From positions 30,001 to 62,000 of the forward strand of contig NC_002939.5 of assembly GCF_000007985.2 (NCBI RefSeq): a DNA stretch of 32,000 nt. Direction: 5' to 3'. Origin of the DNA: Geobacter sulfurreducens PCA. GTDB lineage: Bacteria; Desulfobacterota; Desulfuromonadia; Geobacterales; Geobacteraceae. Shown here one piece after another: positions 1 to 8,520 of the stretch. The notes beneath the pieces were generated by a model. That model was not told the DNA's origin. It did no database searches and worked only from the letters and a program-made list of their open reading frames with translations. Every line of letters starts with the position of its first letter. Position 1 is the first letter of the stretch. The position numbers were made by a program, and so were the translations under genes.

Positions 1-339
1 GTTGCGGGTATCCCGCATTACCATCATGGAGAGTTCCGCCGTGCCGACGGTTGTAGGTTTCAGGGGCGGCGCCGTCATTTCCGGCTCGGCTGTCGAGCCG
101 GGGAAGCGGGCTCTCACGTAGTACCCTGATTGGGGGCGCGCCTCGATGAGTCCTCGATCCTCGAGGAGGGTGTAGGCCTCCATCACCGTGGTGAGGCTCA
201 CCTGGAATTGCCGCCCCAGTGCCCTGACCGACGGAATCCGGTCCCCTGCCCGGAATGTTCCCTCGCCGATGAGTTGGGCCACGCGGCCGGCCACCGATTC
301 GTAGAGAGGGATTTTGCCTCCGCTTTTCACCGTGTTCAT
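1..339 (-). CDS. GntR-family HTH transcriptional regulator, N-terminal part (MocR/aminotransferase-fused subtype plausible); ORF runs off the left edge
   Basis: My own translation of the minus strand from ATG (339-337) gives MNTVKSGGKIPLYESVAGRVAQLIGEGTFRAGDRIPSVRALGRQFQVSLTTVMEAYTLLEDRGLIEARPQSGYYVRARFPG... It stays open for 113 codons to position 1. It has a typical GntR winged-helix pattern (PS.R.L......VS..TV..AY..L...G). It is absent from the ORF track, apparently because it is open-ended. Confidence 0.7.
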   Translation of the reverse strand, partial: MNTVKSGGKIPLYESVAGRVAQLIGEGTFRAGDRIPSVRALGRQFQVSLTTVMEAYTLLEDRGLIEARPQSGYYVRARFPGSTAEPEMTAPPLKPTTVGTAELSMMVMRDTRN

Positions 340-577
340 CGCTAGTGTCATGGTCCTAGTCTCCCCGAGAACGTTTTCGACCGGTACACTCGGTGAGGAA
401 AAGTATACGTCGCAACTCCATATGCTGGGTAGATACAGTCGTCCTTGAATTAAACCATAACAGTTGGTGAAATGCCATCATTGTATGTGTACAGATGCTT
501 CTTGTTCTTCCCTTCAGCGGCGGTAAAAAATAGTTAAAGGGATCGAAGAATGATCCGATAAGTGAAAATGGGGAAAG

Positions 578-586
578 TGGTATAAT
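578..586 (+). promoter_or_regulatory. Extended -10 promoter element (TGgTATAAT) for the pentapeptide-repeat gene
   Basis: The sequence tggtataat lies at 578-586. The ATG at 585 used by the ORF track sits inside the TATAAT hexamer, which argues for the downstream start at 633. Confidence 0.35.
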
Positions 587-632
587 GCTCCGCTCCTCGC
601 TTCAAACCCATGAGAAGGAAGCGTATCCGACT

Positions 633-1463
633 ATGCTGAGGTATCTGCTCAGGCCATTCCTGTCGCTCATGGCGGTGGCGCTCATCTGCGGCCCCGCCGT
701 TGAATCAGTGGCATCCGCATCCGGGAACGGGGGGAAAAAAAGGCCCCTCGACTACGAGGAGTACGTCCGTCTCATCACGGGTGGACCCCGCAAAGTTGCA
801 CGCAAGGAGTCACGTAAAGAGTCTCGCAAGTCCAAGGTTGAGGTTGCCGCGGCTGAAAAACCGGCCGCTGTTCAGCAGCCTGTGGTGATGGCAGCGACTC
901 CTGCTCCGCGCCGCGCCGTAACGCCTTCGCCCGGCCGGGACGGATGGCGTCCCTCCCCTGAGCAGGTTCACGAGATCCTGCGCACCTCCCGCAATCTGGC
1001 GGGAGCCGTACTGCGCGGAGCCGTATTGGCCGGCTTCGATCTGCGAGGGGTAACCCTGGCCGGCGCCGACCTCTTCGGCGCGAATCTGGCGGGGGCTAAT
1101 CTCGACGGCGCGAATCTGCGGGGCACGTCGCTGGAAATGGTGAACCTGCGTGGAGCCAGTCTCCGGGGAGCCAACCTGGCCGGTGCGGGGCTGTTCAAGG
1201 CTGACCTGGAAGGGGCCGATCTTCAGGGGGCCAACCTTTCGGGCGTGTACGCCGTGTGCGCTAATCTGAGGGGAGCCAGTCTGGCGGGCGTCACTACCGT
1301 TGGCGGCCATTTTGCCCAGGCGACCTTCGACGACAGAAGTCAGGGTGCAGCGGTTGCACAGGCACAGAATGCGACGCGTAATGACATCGTCCCTGTTGTG
1401 GGAGGAGAGAAGGCACTGCCGTCGGGCGGCGAAAAGGGACGTATTCTGCTTCTGAATTTCTGA
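633..1463 (+). CDS. Secreted pentapeptide-repeat protein
   Basis: ORF 585..1463; I prefer the start at M17 (ATG 633), which has the purine-rich gaaggaa at 614-620 upstream. The signal-peptide-like N-terminus is MLRYLLRPFLSLMAVALICGPAVESVASA. A long run of A(D/N)LxG-type pentapeptide repeats follows (ADLFGANLAGANLDGANLRGTSLEMVNLRGASLRGANLAGAGLFKADLEGADLQGANLSG). Confidence 0.85.
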   Translation: MLRYLLRPFLSLMAVALICGPAVESVASASGNGGKKRPLDYEEYVRLITGGPRKVARKESRKESRKSKVEVAAAEKPAAVQQPVVMAATPAPRRAVTPSPGRDGWRPSPEQVHEILRTSRNLAGAVLRGAVLAGFDLRGVTLAGADLFGANLAGANLDGANLRGTSLEMVNLRGASLRGANLAGAGLFKADLEGADLQGANLSGVYAVCANLRGASLAGVTTVGGHFAQATFDDRSQGAAVAQAQNATRNDIVPVVGGEKALPSGGEKGRILLLNF

Positions 1464-1486
1464 GATCGCCCCGCTGACCATGTCGG

Positions 1487-1532
1487 AAAACTAAACGGAG
1501 CTGGTCCCCAAAGGGCCGGCTCCGTTTAGTTT
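1487..1532. terminator. Bidirectional intrinsic-terminator-like hairpin between convergent genes
   Basis: aaaactaaacggagc (about 1487-1501) pairs with gctccgtttagtt (about 1519-1531). It lies between the stop of the + strand pentapeptide gene and the stop of the - strand hexapeptide gene. Confidence 0.6.
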
Positions 1533-2071
1533 CAGCGGTCCGCGTCTTCCTCAAGATATTCCCGTGAGTAGCGCACGTAGTTGCCTGCCGAGCGCTTCAG
1601 CCAGGCAATTTCGTCGGGGGTCAGGTCGCGCTTGTACTTTGCCGGTGCCCCAACCCAGAGGGTATGGGGCGGGATGACGGTTCCCTCGGTCACCAGTGCC
1701 CGTGCGCCTACGAGTGCTCCTTCGCCCACCACCGCCTTGTCCATGACCATTGCCTGCATGCCGATGAAGGCACCATTGCCGATGGTGCAGCCGTGGAGGG
1801 TCACGCTGTGGCCGACGGTCACGTCATCGCCGATGACAAGGGGGGCTCCCGGGTCGTCGGCGTGCTTTTTATGGGTCACATGGAGCATGGAGAGATCCTG
1901 GATGTTGCTCCGGGCGCCGATGCGGATGAAATTGACATCGCCTCGGGCAACCACGTTGTACCAGATACTGCTTTCGGGGCCGATGGTCACGTCGCCGATG
2001 ACAACGGCGGTGTCGGCAATGAACGCGGACGGATCGATTTGCGGGCTCATTCCCTTGAAGGGGCGAATCAT
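1532..2071 (-). CDS. Gamma-carbonic-anhydrase-like / left-handed beta-helix (hexapeptide repeat) protein
   Basis: 179-aa ORF. Hexapeptide-repeat pattern with the His-containing stretches typical of the gamma-CA/YrdA/PaaY family (IRIGARSNIQDLSMLHVTHK, VTVGHSVTLHGCTIG). Confidence 0.85.
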   Translation of the reverse strand: MIRPFKGMSPQIDPSAFIADTAVVIGDVTIGPESSIWYNVVARGDVNFIRIGARSNIQDLSMLHVTHKKHADDPGAPLVIGDDVTVGHSVTLHGCTIGNGAFIGMQAMVMDKAVVGEGALVGARALVTEGTVIPPHTLWVGAPAKYKRDLTPDEIAWLKRSAGNYVRYSREYLEEDADR

Positions 2072-2104
2072 GGGATACCTCTGGCTGTTATGGTAGGTCC
2101 GGTG

Positions 2105-3019
2105 TCAGTCCCGGGGGATGGCGATCATCCGGTCCAGGGCGAGCTTGGCCGGGACCCGGATTTCTTCGGGGACTTTCACCACCGGCGACATGGTCTGCAG
2201 GCTCGCCAGCACATCTTCCAGGGAGGTCAGCTTCATATTGGGGCAGACAAGCGCCGGCGAGGCGAGGATGAATTCCTTGTCCGGATTCTCAAGCCGGAGC
2301 CGGTAGAGAATCCCCGCCTCGGTGCCGATGATGAACCGTTTGGCCGGATTCGTGCGGCAGAAGTCATACATACCGCTCGTGGAGCAGACATGGTCCGCCA
2401 GGGCCACGACCAAGGGGTTGCACTCGGGATGGCAGATGAAGAGAGCGTCGGGGTGGGCTTCCTTGAGCCTCTGGACGTCGGCGGGCTTCAGCCGTTCGTG
2501 GGTGGGGCAGAAGCCGTCCCAGAAGTGGAACGTCTTGTCGGACTGCTTTGCCACGAACTGTCCCAGGTTGCGGTCGGGAACGAAGATTACCTCCGGGTCC
2601 GGGAGGGAATTCACAACCTTCACAGCATTGGCCGAGGTGCAGCAGATGTCGCTGACGGCCTTAACCGCCGCCGAAGAGTTCACGTAGGTGACGACAGGTA
2701 CGTCGGGGTGGCGGGCCTTCATCTCCAGCAACGCCTCGGCGGTCACCATGTCTGCCATGGGGCAGCCGGCGTCCATGCGCGGCAGAAGGACCGTTTTGTC
2801 CGGCGAGAGGATCGAGGCTGACTCGGCCATGAAGTGAACTCCGCAGAAAACGATGACGTCCGCGTCGGTGCGGGCCGCCTCCTGGGAGAGGGCGAGTGAG
2901 TCACCGGTTATGTCGGCAATCTCCTGCACCTCGTCCCTCATGTAGTTGTGGGCCAGGAGCACAGCGTTACGCTCCTTCAGGAGCTTCCGTATGTCCTGTC
3001 TGATGTCGTTGGCGTGCAT
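2105..3019 (-). CDS. nadA: Quinolinate synthase
   Basis: ORF 2105..3151, with the start trimmed to M45 (ATG at 3019-3017). This gives [27 protein letters not shown]... and a NadA-typical length of about 304 aa. Conserved stretches include [11 protein letters not shown], the TYVNSSA region and LVCPNMK. Confidence 0.9.
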
Positions 3020-3250
3020 GGCGCGCTCTCCCGTGTCGCAGGCGCCCGTATACGGCGCGAAATGGGGTAGATGGTAATCAATGTTCGCCGTGCTGTCAAA
3101 CCCTTTAGGCCGCCTTCTACAGGCTGCGCTTGACATAACTGGGCAGAACACCTATTATTTTCACAGCCACGCGGTCGGGTTTCTGTCGCGCGTGCTGCCA
3201 GATGCGGCGGATCGGAGGCACCGGCTGCCGAAAAGAGGAGGAAGGACAGC

Positions 3251-3586
3251 ATGTTTGGAATCGGGATGCCGGAGCTTATCGTTATACTCGTCATCGCCCT
3301 GATCGTCATCGGGCCCCAGAAGCTCCCCGACATCGCCCGTTCGCTCGGCAAGGGGCTGGCGGAGTTCAAGCGCGCCTCGGACGATTTCCAGCGGAACTTG
3401 GCTGAAGAGGTCCGGACACTGGATGAGAAGGAAAAGGCGGAAAAAGGGGAGGCCGCTGCCGAGCCCGTCAAGCGGGACCTGGCTGCCGAGGTAAAGGCCT
3501 ACGAGGACCAAGCCGCCAGCGGGGTGCATCAGGGCGAACCGGCCCCGGTTGCAGGCAGCCCTGAATCCGAGAAAAAATCAGCCTAG
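3251..3586 (+). CDS. tatA: Twin-arginine translocase subunit, TatA/TatB/TatE family
   Basis: The N-terminus [42 protein letters not shown] is the canonical Tat TM helix plus amphipathic helix. The tail is acidic. The RBS is gaggagga upstream. I cannot decide between TatA and TatB from sequence alone. Confidence 0.85.
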   Translation: MFGIGMPELIVILVIALIVIGPQKLPDIARSLGKGLAEFKRASDDFQRNLAEEVRTLDEKEKAEKGEAAAEPVKRDLAAEVKAYEDQAASGVHQGEPAPVAGSPESEKKSA

Positions 3587-3612
3587 AACATCGTTGGTCA
3601 GGATACAGAAAC

Positions 3613-3644
3613 AAACAAGGCGGGGTGAAAACCCCGCCTTGTTT
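3613..3644. terminator. Bidirectional intrinsic terminator between tatA and cpoB (convergent)
   Basis: acaaggcgggg (3615-3625), loop tgaaaa, ccccgccttgt (3632-3642). It is flanked by A-rich and T-rich runs on either side. Confidence 0.7.
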
Positions 3645-4480
3645 CATTTTAGCTCCTTGAGCCTGTCTTTTGCCCGTTTAGCCTCCTCCGAGGAGGGATA
3701 GTCGTCCGCAAGCTTACGGAGGACGAAGCGAGCGCTTTTGGCATCGCCGATCTCAGAGAAGGCCGCTGCCTGCTTGAGCATGGCGGCCGGCACCTTTTCC
3801 TTGCCCGGGTAGTTCTTGATGACCTCCTGGAATTCCAGAATCGCCTGTTCGAATTTCTTCTCGCTGTAGTAAGTCTCGCCCGTCCAGTACCGGGCGTTGG
3901 CCGCCAGTTCGTGCTTGGGATGCTGTTCCAGGAAGCGGGTAAAGCTTTCGCGGGCAACGCCGTAATTTCCCGCCCGGTAGGCGTCGAGTCCCTTCTGGTA
4001 CAGGGCTTCGGGAGTCGGCTTTTCCGTTTCCTTCGGCGAGGGTGCCTGCTCGGCCACCTTTTTCTGCAGCGCCTCGATCCCTGTCTCGGCCTTGGCCAGT
4101 CGCTGGTCAAAGGCCGTGAGCCTGCGCTCCAGATCCTCTCGCAGGAGGATCAGATCGTCGCCCGGCTTCTTGGCGGCGAGCCCAACGTCGTCCACCTTGC
4201 CCGCGAGCACCTGCATGTCCACCTTTATCCCGTCCATGGCCGCCTGCAGGTCGGCCAGCCCCTTGCGTACTCCGGCCCGCTCCGTATCCAGATCCTTGAA
4301 AGAGCTTTCAATGCGTGCGGTCGCCTCGGTCCGGACGCCGCCGACCTCTTTCTCTACCTGGAACTGGCGGTTTTTGAGTTCGTCTAGATCGCGCCGGACA
4401 ACGTCCAGGTCACTGTTGGTGACACACCCTCCGAGGGTGAAAAGGGCGAGGGCCGTCAAGGGCATGGTCAACTGTTTCAT
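3644..4480 (-). CDS. cpoB: Tol-Pal system protein CpoB/YbgF (coiled coil plus TPR)
   Basis: ORF 3644..4522. I prefer the start at M15 (ATG 4480-4478), preceded by aaggag. The signal/lipobox-like N-terminus is MKQLTMPLTALALFTLGGC. The central part is coiled-coil-like and the C-terminus is TPR-like (YQKGLDAYRAGNYGVARESFTRFLEQHP...YWTGETYY). It holds the last position of the tol-pal cluster. Confidence 0.8.
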   Translation of the reverse strand: MKQLTMPLTALALFTLGGCVTNSDLDVVRRDLDELKNRQFQVEKEVGGVRTEATARIESSFKDLDTERAGVRKGLADLQAAMDGIKVDMQVLAGKVDDVGLAAKKPGDDLILLREDLERRLTAFDQRLAKAETGIEALQKKVAEQAPSPKETEKPTPEALYQKGLDAYRAGNYGVARESFTRFLEQHPKHELAANARYWTGETYYSEKKFEQAILEFQEVIKNYPGKEKVPAAMLKQAAAFSEIGDAKSARFVLRKLADDYPSSEEAKRAKDRLKELK

Positions 4481-4529
4481 GGGATAATCGGTCTCCTTTT
4501 GCTGGAGCAACGGTGTCTTCATAGAGAAA

Positions 4530-4549
4530 GGGAGCCGTTACCGGCTCCC
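4530..4549 (-). terminator. Terminator/attenuator-like hairpin between pal and cpoB
   Basis: Perfect 8-bp GC-rich stem, gggagccg (4530-4537) with cggctccc (4542-4549), and a 4-nt loop. On the minus strand it is followed by tttctct. Confidence 0.45.
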
Positions 4550-4571
4550 CTCCGTGCTAGCCCTTTCGGGA

Positions 4572-5156
4572 CTATTTTACAATCACGAATTCGTCCCGCC
4601 GGTTTTTCGCCCAGGCTTCTTCAGTGTGGCCGGGATCGAGAGGCTTCTCCTCGCCGTAGCTGATGATCGACAGCCGTGCGGCCGGCACTCCCAGGGTGAT
4701 CAGGTAGTTCATGGCCGTTTTTGCCCGTTTTTCACCAAGGGCCAGGTTGTATTCGTCGGAGCCCCGCTCATCGCAATGGCCTTCGATGGATACCTTGGCG
4801 TTGGGCATTTTCTTCAGCAACGCCTCGGCATTGCGGGAGAGCGTGTCGCGGGCGGTCTGGGAGAGGACGAAGGCGTCGAAATCGAAATAGATGCGCTCAA
4901 GGGATGTTTCGGCAGCCTCAGCTCTGCCGGCGGTGTCAGATGCCTGCGAAGCCACCGCTACGGGGGCTTCAGTTATGGTCTGGGCTTTGACCGGTTCTTC
5001 CTTGGGCTGGGCAGGCTGCGGCGCCGGCGAGACGGGCGCGGCGGCAGTCGTCGGAGCGGCCTGGTCGGGCTTAACCATTTCCTTCTTTGCGCAGCCGCCG
5101 ACGAGAGACAGGGCGAAGCAAGCCAGAGCAACAACACCGAGTGTGCGAGAATACAT
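4572..5156 (-). CDS. pal: Peptidoglycan-associated lipoprotein Pal (OmpA-like domain)
   Basis: The lipobox is LSLVGGC. The OmpA-family C-domain includes VSIEGHCDERGSDEYNLALGEKRA and NRRDEFVIV. Confidence 0.9.
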   Translation of the reverse strand: MYSRTLGVVALACFALSLVGGCAKKEMVKPDQAAPTTAAAPVSPAPQPAQPKEEPVKAQTITEAPVAVASQASDTAGRAEAAETSLERIYFDFDAFVLSQTARDTLSRNAEALLKKMPNAKVSIEGHCDERGSDEYNLALGEKRAKTAMNYLITLGVPAARLSIISYGEEKPLDPGHTEEAWAKNRRDEFVIVK

Positions 5157-5285
5157 GGTTCCTCTCCTTTTTGTTAATGCAGTGGTCGGGCGGGTACGAC
5201 CCGCGCCGCGTCAACGCGAACAATTATATATAATGGAGATGCTTTTTCAATGGGTTAGATGGTAACTGCAAGTAAAAACGATGTC

Positions 5286-6584
5286 TTACCACCGTGGCGA
5301 CCAAGTTGGGTGGGACGCTTTTCCCTTGCTTCGGTAGACCCGCGTCTGGCCGCTGCCGTCGGAACGCATGACGTAGATGGCTTCGCCTCCATCGCGGGTG
5401 GAACTGAACGTCAGAAATCGCCCGTCCGGGGACCAACGGGGATGCTCGTTGCTCCCTTCGCTGGTAAGGCGGGTGTCACCGGTTCCGTCCGTCGCAATGG
5501 AGTAGATCTGGAAGCCCCCTTCCTGACGACAGTAGACGAGTCTGTCCCCCTTGGGCGACCAGCGGGGCGAGACATTATAGGCGCCGCTGGTTGTGAGTCG
5601 CCGTACGTCGGAGCCGTCGGCGTTCATGATGAATACCTGGGGCTTGCCGAGCCGGTCCGAGACAAAAGCGATCCGCTTGCCATCCGGGGACCAGGCGGGT
5701 GAAACATCTATTGCCTGATGGGTGGTGAGCCGCCTGGGGTCCCTGCCGTCACGGGAAATAGCGTAGATTTCGGAATTGCCGTCCCTGCTCATGGCAAGGG
5801 CCAGTTGTTTGCCGTCCGGGGACCAGGTTCCGGTAACGTTGATGCCCCGGTGTGACGATACCACCGCTTCCGTTCCGGTGAATATTTCGCGTCGAAAAAG
5901 ATCCGGATTGCCGCGGCGATAGGAGGTATAGGCGAGCTCACGGCCGTTGGGGGAAAAATCGGGGTTCAGGTTGATGGAGCGGTTTTTCGTGAGACGCTGT
6001 ACGTTATGCCCATCGTAGTCCATCAGGTAGATTTCCTTGTTGCCGCTCTCGGTGGAGACAAAGGCAATCTTGCCCGTGAAAGGACCCCTCTCCCCAGTCA
6101 TCGTCTGCATGATGTCATCGGAAAAGGTGTGGGTGATCCGTCGCAGATCCGAGCGTTTGCCGGTATAGCGCTTGGCGGCGAGCTCGCGCCCCTGGGTGGC
6201 GTTGTAGAGGCGGAACTCCATGGTAACGGAGTCCCCCGTGATGGTGTAGCCGCTTTTGACCAGCAGGTCGACGCCGGCATTTCTCCAGGAGTCCAAGTCA
6301 AATTCGCCGGGACGAATCCCTCCCGGCGAAGTGCCCGCCGGCGGAGCCATTACGCTGAAGGGGCCCGCCAAGGTCATGTCGAATCTGAGCACCTCGGCCA
6401 CATCACGGGCCAGGGCGGCATCGTCGGCACCGCCGAGATTCCGTGGATTGTCGACGGCAAGGGTGAGGTTGTGGGCCCCCGAGGCGGTCACCTCGCGGTA
6501 GACGTCCTCGGAATGGATCACCGCCGGCGTGACGGAGATGACCAGCAGGGCAAGGAGCGTGGCAAAGATTCTTACGTGTTTCAT
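5286..6584 (-). CDS. tolB: Tol-Pal system beta-propeller protein TolB
   Basis: 432 aa with a signal peptide and the TolB N-domain. Repeated SPDG/WSPDG propeller blades follow (FSPNGRELAY, WSPDGKQLA, WSPDGKRIAF, WSPKGDRLVY, WSPDGRFLTF). The start overlaps the tolA stop by 1 nt. Confidence 0.92.
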   Translation of the reverse strand: MKHVRIFATLLALLVISVTPAVIHSEDVYREVTASGAHNLTLAVDNPRNLGGADDAALARDVAEVLRFDMTLAGPFSVMAPPAGTSPGGIRPGEFDLDSWRNAGVDLLVKSGYTITGDSVTMEFRLYNATQGRELAAKRYTGKRSDLRRITHTFSDDIMQTMTGERGPFTGKIAFVSTESGNKEIYLMDYDGHNVQRLTKNRSINLNPDFSPNGRELAYTSYRRGNPDLFRREIFTGTEAVVSSHRGINVTGTWSPDGKQLALAMSRDGNSEIYAISRDGRDPRRLTTHQAIDVSPAWSPDGKRIAFVSDRLGKPQVFIMNADGSDVRRLTTSGAYNVSPRWSPKGDRLVYCRQEGGFQIYSIATDGTGDTRLTSEGSNEHPRWSPDGRFLTFSSTRDGGEAIYVMRSDGSGQTRVYRSKGKASHPTWSPRW

Positions 6585-7324
6585 TATCTCTTCCCTACCC
6601 CCTCCGGCCTGAAGATGAAACCGGTTTCAAACTCCCCCCCGGACGGCGGCGGAGCGAACGTTTTCTCCGCCATGGCGATGGCTTTCATGACCGATTCTTC
6701 GAATATTCGGTCGCCGGTCGAGCGTTCGATCCGTTGACGTGTTACGCGTCCGCGGGGGTCTATGGTCAGCCGGATCACCACTTCGGGCGTCTTTGCCTGG
6801 TGGGCGATGGTATAGCGGAAGGCGTCCCTGAGACGTGACTGGATGTATGCGGCGTAATCGCTTCCGGCCTGGGTGCCGGTCGCACTTGGCATTCCTGCCG
6901 GTTCGGCCCGGCCGCTGCCGTTTACTTTGCGCCTGAGAGCATCGAGGGCCGCTTCCTGGCGCCGTTCGTCCACGTTGCGTTGGAGAGCGGATAGCCGGTC
7001 TTCGAACTCTTTGCCGGTGTCGGCTGCAGTGGGAGATTTTTTGCCGACAGCAGCCGGAGTATGAGGTGTCAGCCGGGGAGTGGCCATGGCTTGGCTGGCG
7101 GGAGGGGGTAGTTCGGGAGGGGCTCCACCGACCGTCGGGCTTCCGGCTCTCGGAGATGCTACCGGCAGATTCACCACGTCCACATAGTAGACCGGAGCCT
7201 CCGTGTAGCGCGGGACATTAAACTGGGCCACAAGGGCAAGAGCAGCGAGGGCCAAGTGGAGCATAGCCGATGCCGCCAACCCCCAGCCAAGGCCCGGTTC
7301 TCGATGTGCGATACTGCGGTTCAT
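6584..7324 (-). CDS. tolA: TolA-like protein (TonB_C-type C-terminal domain)
   Basis: N-terminal TM segment, a Pro/Ala-rich linker and a TonB-C-like end (VVIRLTIDPRGRVTRQRIERSTGDRIFEESVMKAI). It sits between tolR and tolB, and its start overlaps the tolR stop (ATGA-type overlap). Confidence 0.75.
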   Translation of the reverse strand: MNRSIAHREPGLGWGLAASAMLHLALAALALVAQFNVPRYTEAPVYYVDVVNLPVASPRAGSPTVGGAPPELPPPASQAMATPRLTPHTPAAVGKKSPTAADTGKEFEDRLSALQRNVDERRQEAALDALRRKVNGSGRAEPAGMPSATGTQAGSDYAAYIQSRLRDAFRYTIAHQAKTPEVVIRLTIDPRGRVTRQRIERSTGDRIFEESVMKAIAMAEKTFAPPPSGGEFETGFIFRPEGVGKR

Positions 7325-7740
7325 TTTCCCGGCGCGGGCTCCGTCACCATGCCAAGACGCTCAATGCCGGCACCTTTGATTTCAGCCATGGTTTTGACCA
7401 CCTGACCGTAAGGGACATCCCGGTCAGCCTTCAGGAAAACCTCTTTCTTGGCCCGGTTTGCCACCATGGCGGTCAGCTTGGCCGTTAGGTCGCCGGAGGC
7501 CACTTCGGTGCTGTTCACGAACACCTTGCCGGCCCGGTCGATGGAGACCACTACTGCCTCGTCCTGGGCGGTCATGGCCTTGGTCTCGGCTTTGGGAAGG
7601 TTTACCTGGACCCCCTGCTGCATCATGGGCGCGGTCACCATGAAAATGATGAGGAGCACGAGCATGACGTCAACCAAGGGGGTTACGTTGATCTGCGACA
7701 TGGTGCCGCGGTCGCCGCTGTTTCTGCTGCCGACTTCCAT
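7321..7740 (-). CDS. tolR: Biopolymer transport protein TolR (ExbD family)
   Basis: Carries the signature INVTPLVDVMLVLLIIFMV. 139 aa. GGAG lies upstream of the ATG. Confidence 0.9.
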   Translation of the reverse strand: MEVGSRNSGDRGTMSQINVTPLVDVMLVLLIIFMVTAPMMQQGVQVNLPKAETKAMTAQDEAVVVSIDRAGKVFVNSTEVASGDLTAKLTAMVANRAKKEVFLKADRDVPYGQVVKTMAEIKGAGIERLGMVTEPAPGK

Positions 7741-7749
7741 ACTGACTCC

Positions 7750-8427
7750 CTATTTTCCCGCAAAGGTCCGCTGGACGATGTTGAGGAACTCGGTGGAGAA
7801 GTTGTCCATGGAGGCGATGAGGACCTTGATTTTGTGCTGGAAGTGGTTGTAGGCCATGACCGCCGGAATGGCAGCCACCAGGCCGATGGCGGTGGCGATC
7901 AGCGCCTCGGCGATGCCCGGGGCAACGACGGCAAGCGATGCGGAGCCGGTTTCACCGATCCCCTTGAATGCGTTCATGATTCCCCAGACTGTTCCGAACA
8001 GTCCGATAAAGGGTGCCGTGGAGCCGGTGGTGGCCAAGAAGGTTACGTATTTCTCAAGCCTGGTGATCTCCGAGGTGGTCGCGCGGCGCAGCGCACGGGC
8101 GATGTTATCGATCCCCCCCAGGTCGGTGCTCACCACGCCCGGCTCGTCCCGTTGCTCCCCTCCTTTGTCGAGAAGCCGGCGCAACTCGGCGTAGCCTTCG
8201 TTGAACAGTACCGACAGGGGGGAGTTTCCGAACCGGTCCAGTTGGGAGCTGATGGCGTCGAACCGCTTGGTTTTCCAGAAGAAGTCAAGGAACCGGTCCG
8301 ATTCGCCGTTTGCCCGGTTGATCTGCAGGAGCTTGAAGAAAATGATGGCCCAGGAAACCACGGAAAAGAAGATGAGCACGACCAGTACCAGCTTGACCAC
8401 CAGCCCGGTCCCAGCGAATAGTGTCAC
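7750..8427 (-). CDS. tolQ: Tol-Pal system protein TolQ (MotA/TolQ/ExbB proton channel)
   Basis: 225 aa with three TM segments. The conserved motif is STAPFIGLFGTVWGIMNAF. GTG start at 8427-8425 with ggagg 7 nt upstream. Confidence 0.9.
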   Translation of the reverse strand: MTLFAGTGLVVKLVLVVLIFFSVVSWAIIFFKLLQINRANGESDRFLDFFWKTKRFDAISSQLDRFGNSPLSVLFNEGYAELRRLLDKGGEQRDEPGVVSTDLGGIDNIARALRRATTSEITRLEKYVTFLATTGSTAPFIGLFGTVWGIMNAFKGIGETGSASLAVVAPGIAEALIATAIGLVAAIPAVMAYNHFQHKIKVLIASMDNFSTEFLNIVQRTFAGK

Positions 8428-8478
8428 GATGCAACCTCCGGTTGAGGGTGTCCGCCCTCGGAATAATGAAATAGGAAC

Positions 8479-8501
8479 GACAAGGTAGCTTAGACCTTGT
8501 C
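8479..8501 (-). terminator. Hairpin downstream of the C-N hydrolase gene (weak terminator candidate)
   Basis: gacaaggt (8479-8486) pairs with accttgtc (8494-8501), with a 7-nt loop. There is only a modest T-run after it on the minus strand. Confidence 0.35.
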
Positions 8502-8520
8502 CTTGTGCCCGTCAACTGTT

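Noticed and set aside
1664-2821. 385-aa + strand ORF spanning the gamma-CA-like gene and nadA
   Set aside because: It crosses an intergenic gap between two well-supported minus-strand genes. It is a compositional shadow ORF.
6634-6640. Homopolymer tracts (C7 in tolA at 6634-6640; T8 in hemW at 10381-10388) as possible phase-variation switches
   Set aside because: They are short, lie inside housekeeping genes and encode sensible peptide (PPP, FFF). There is no evidence of contingency-locus behaviour.
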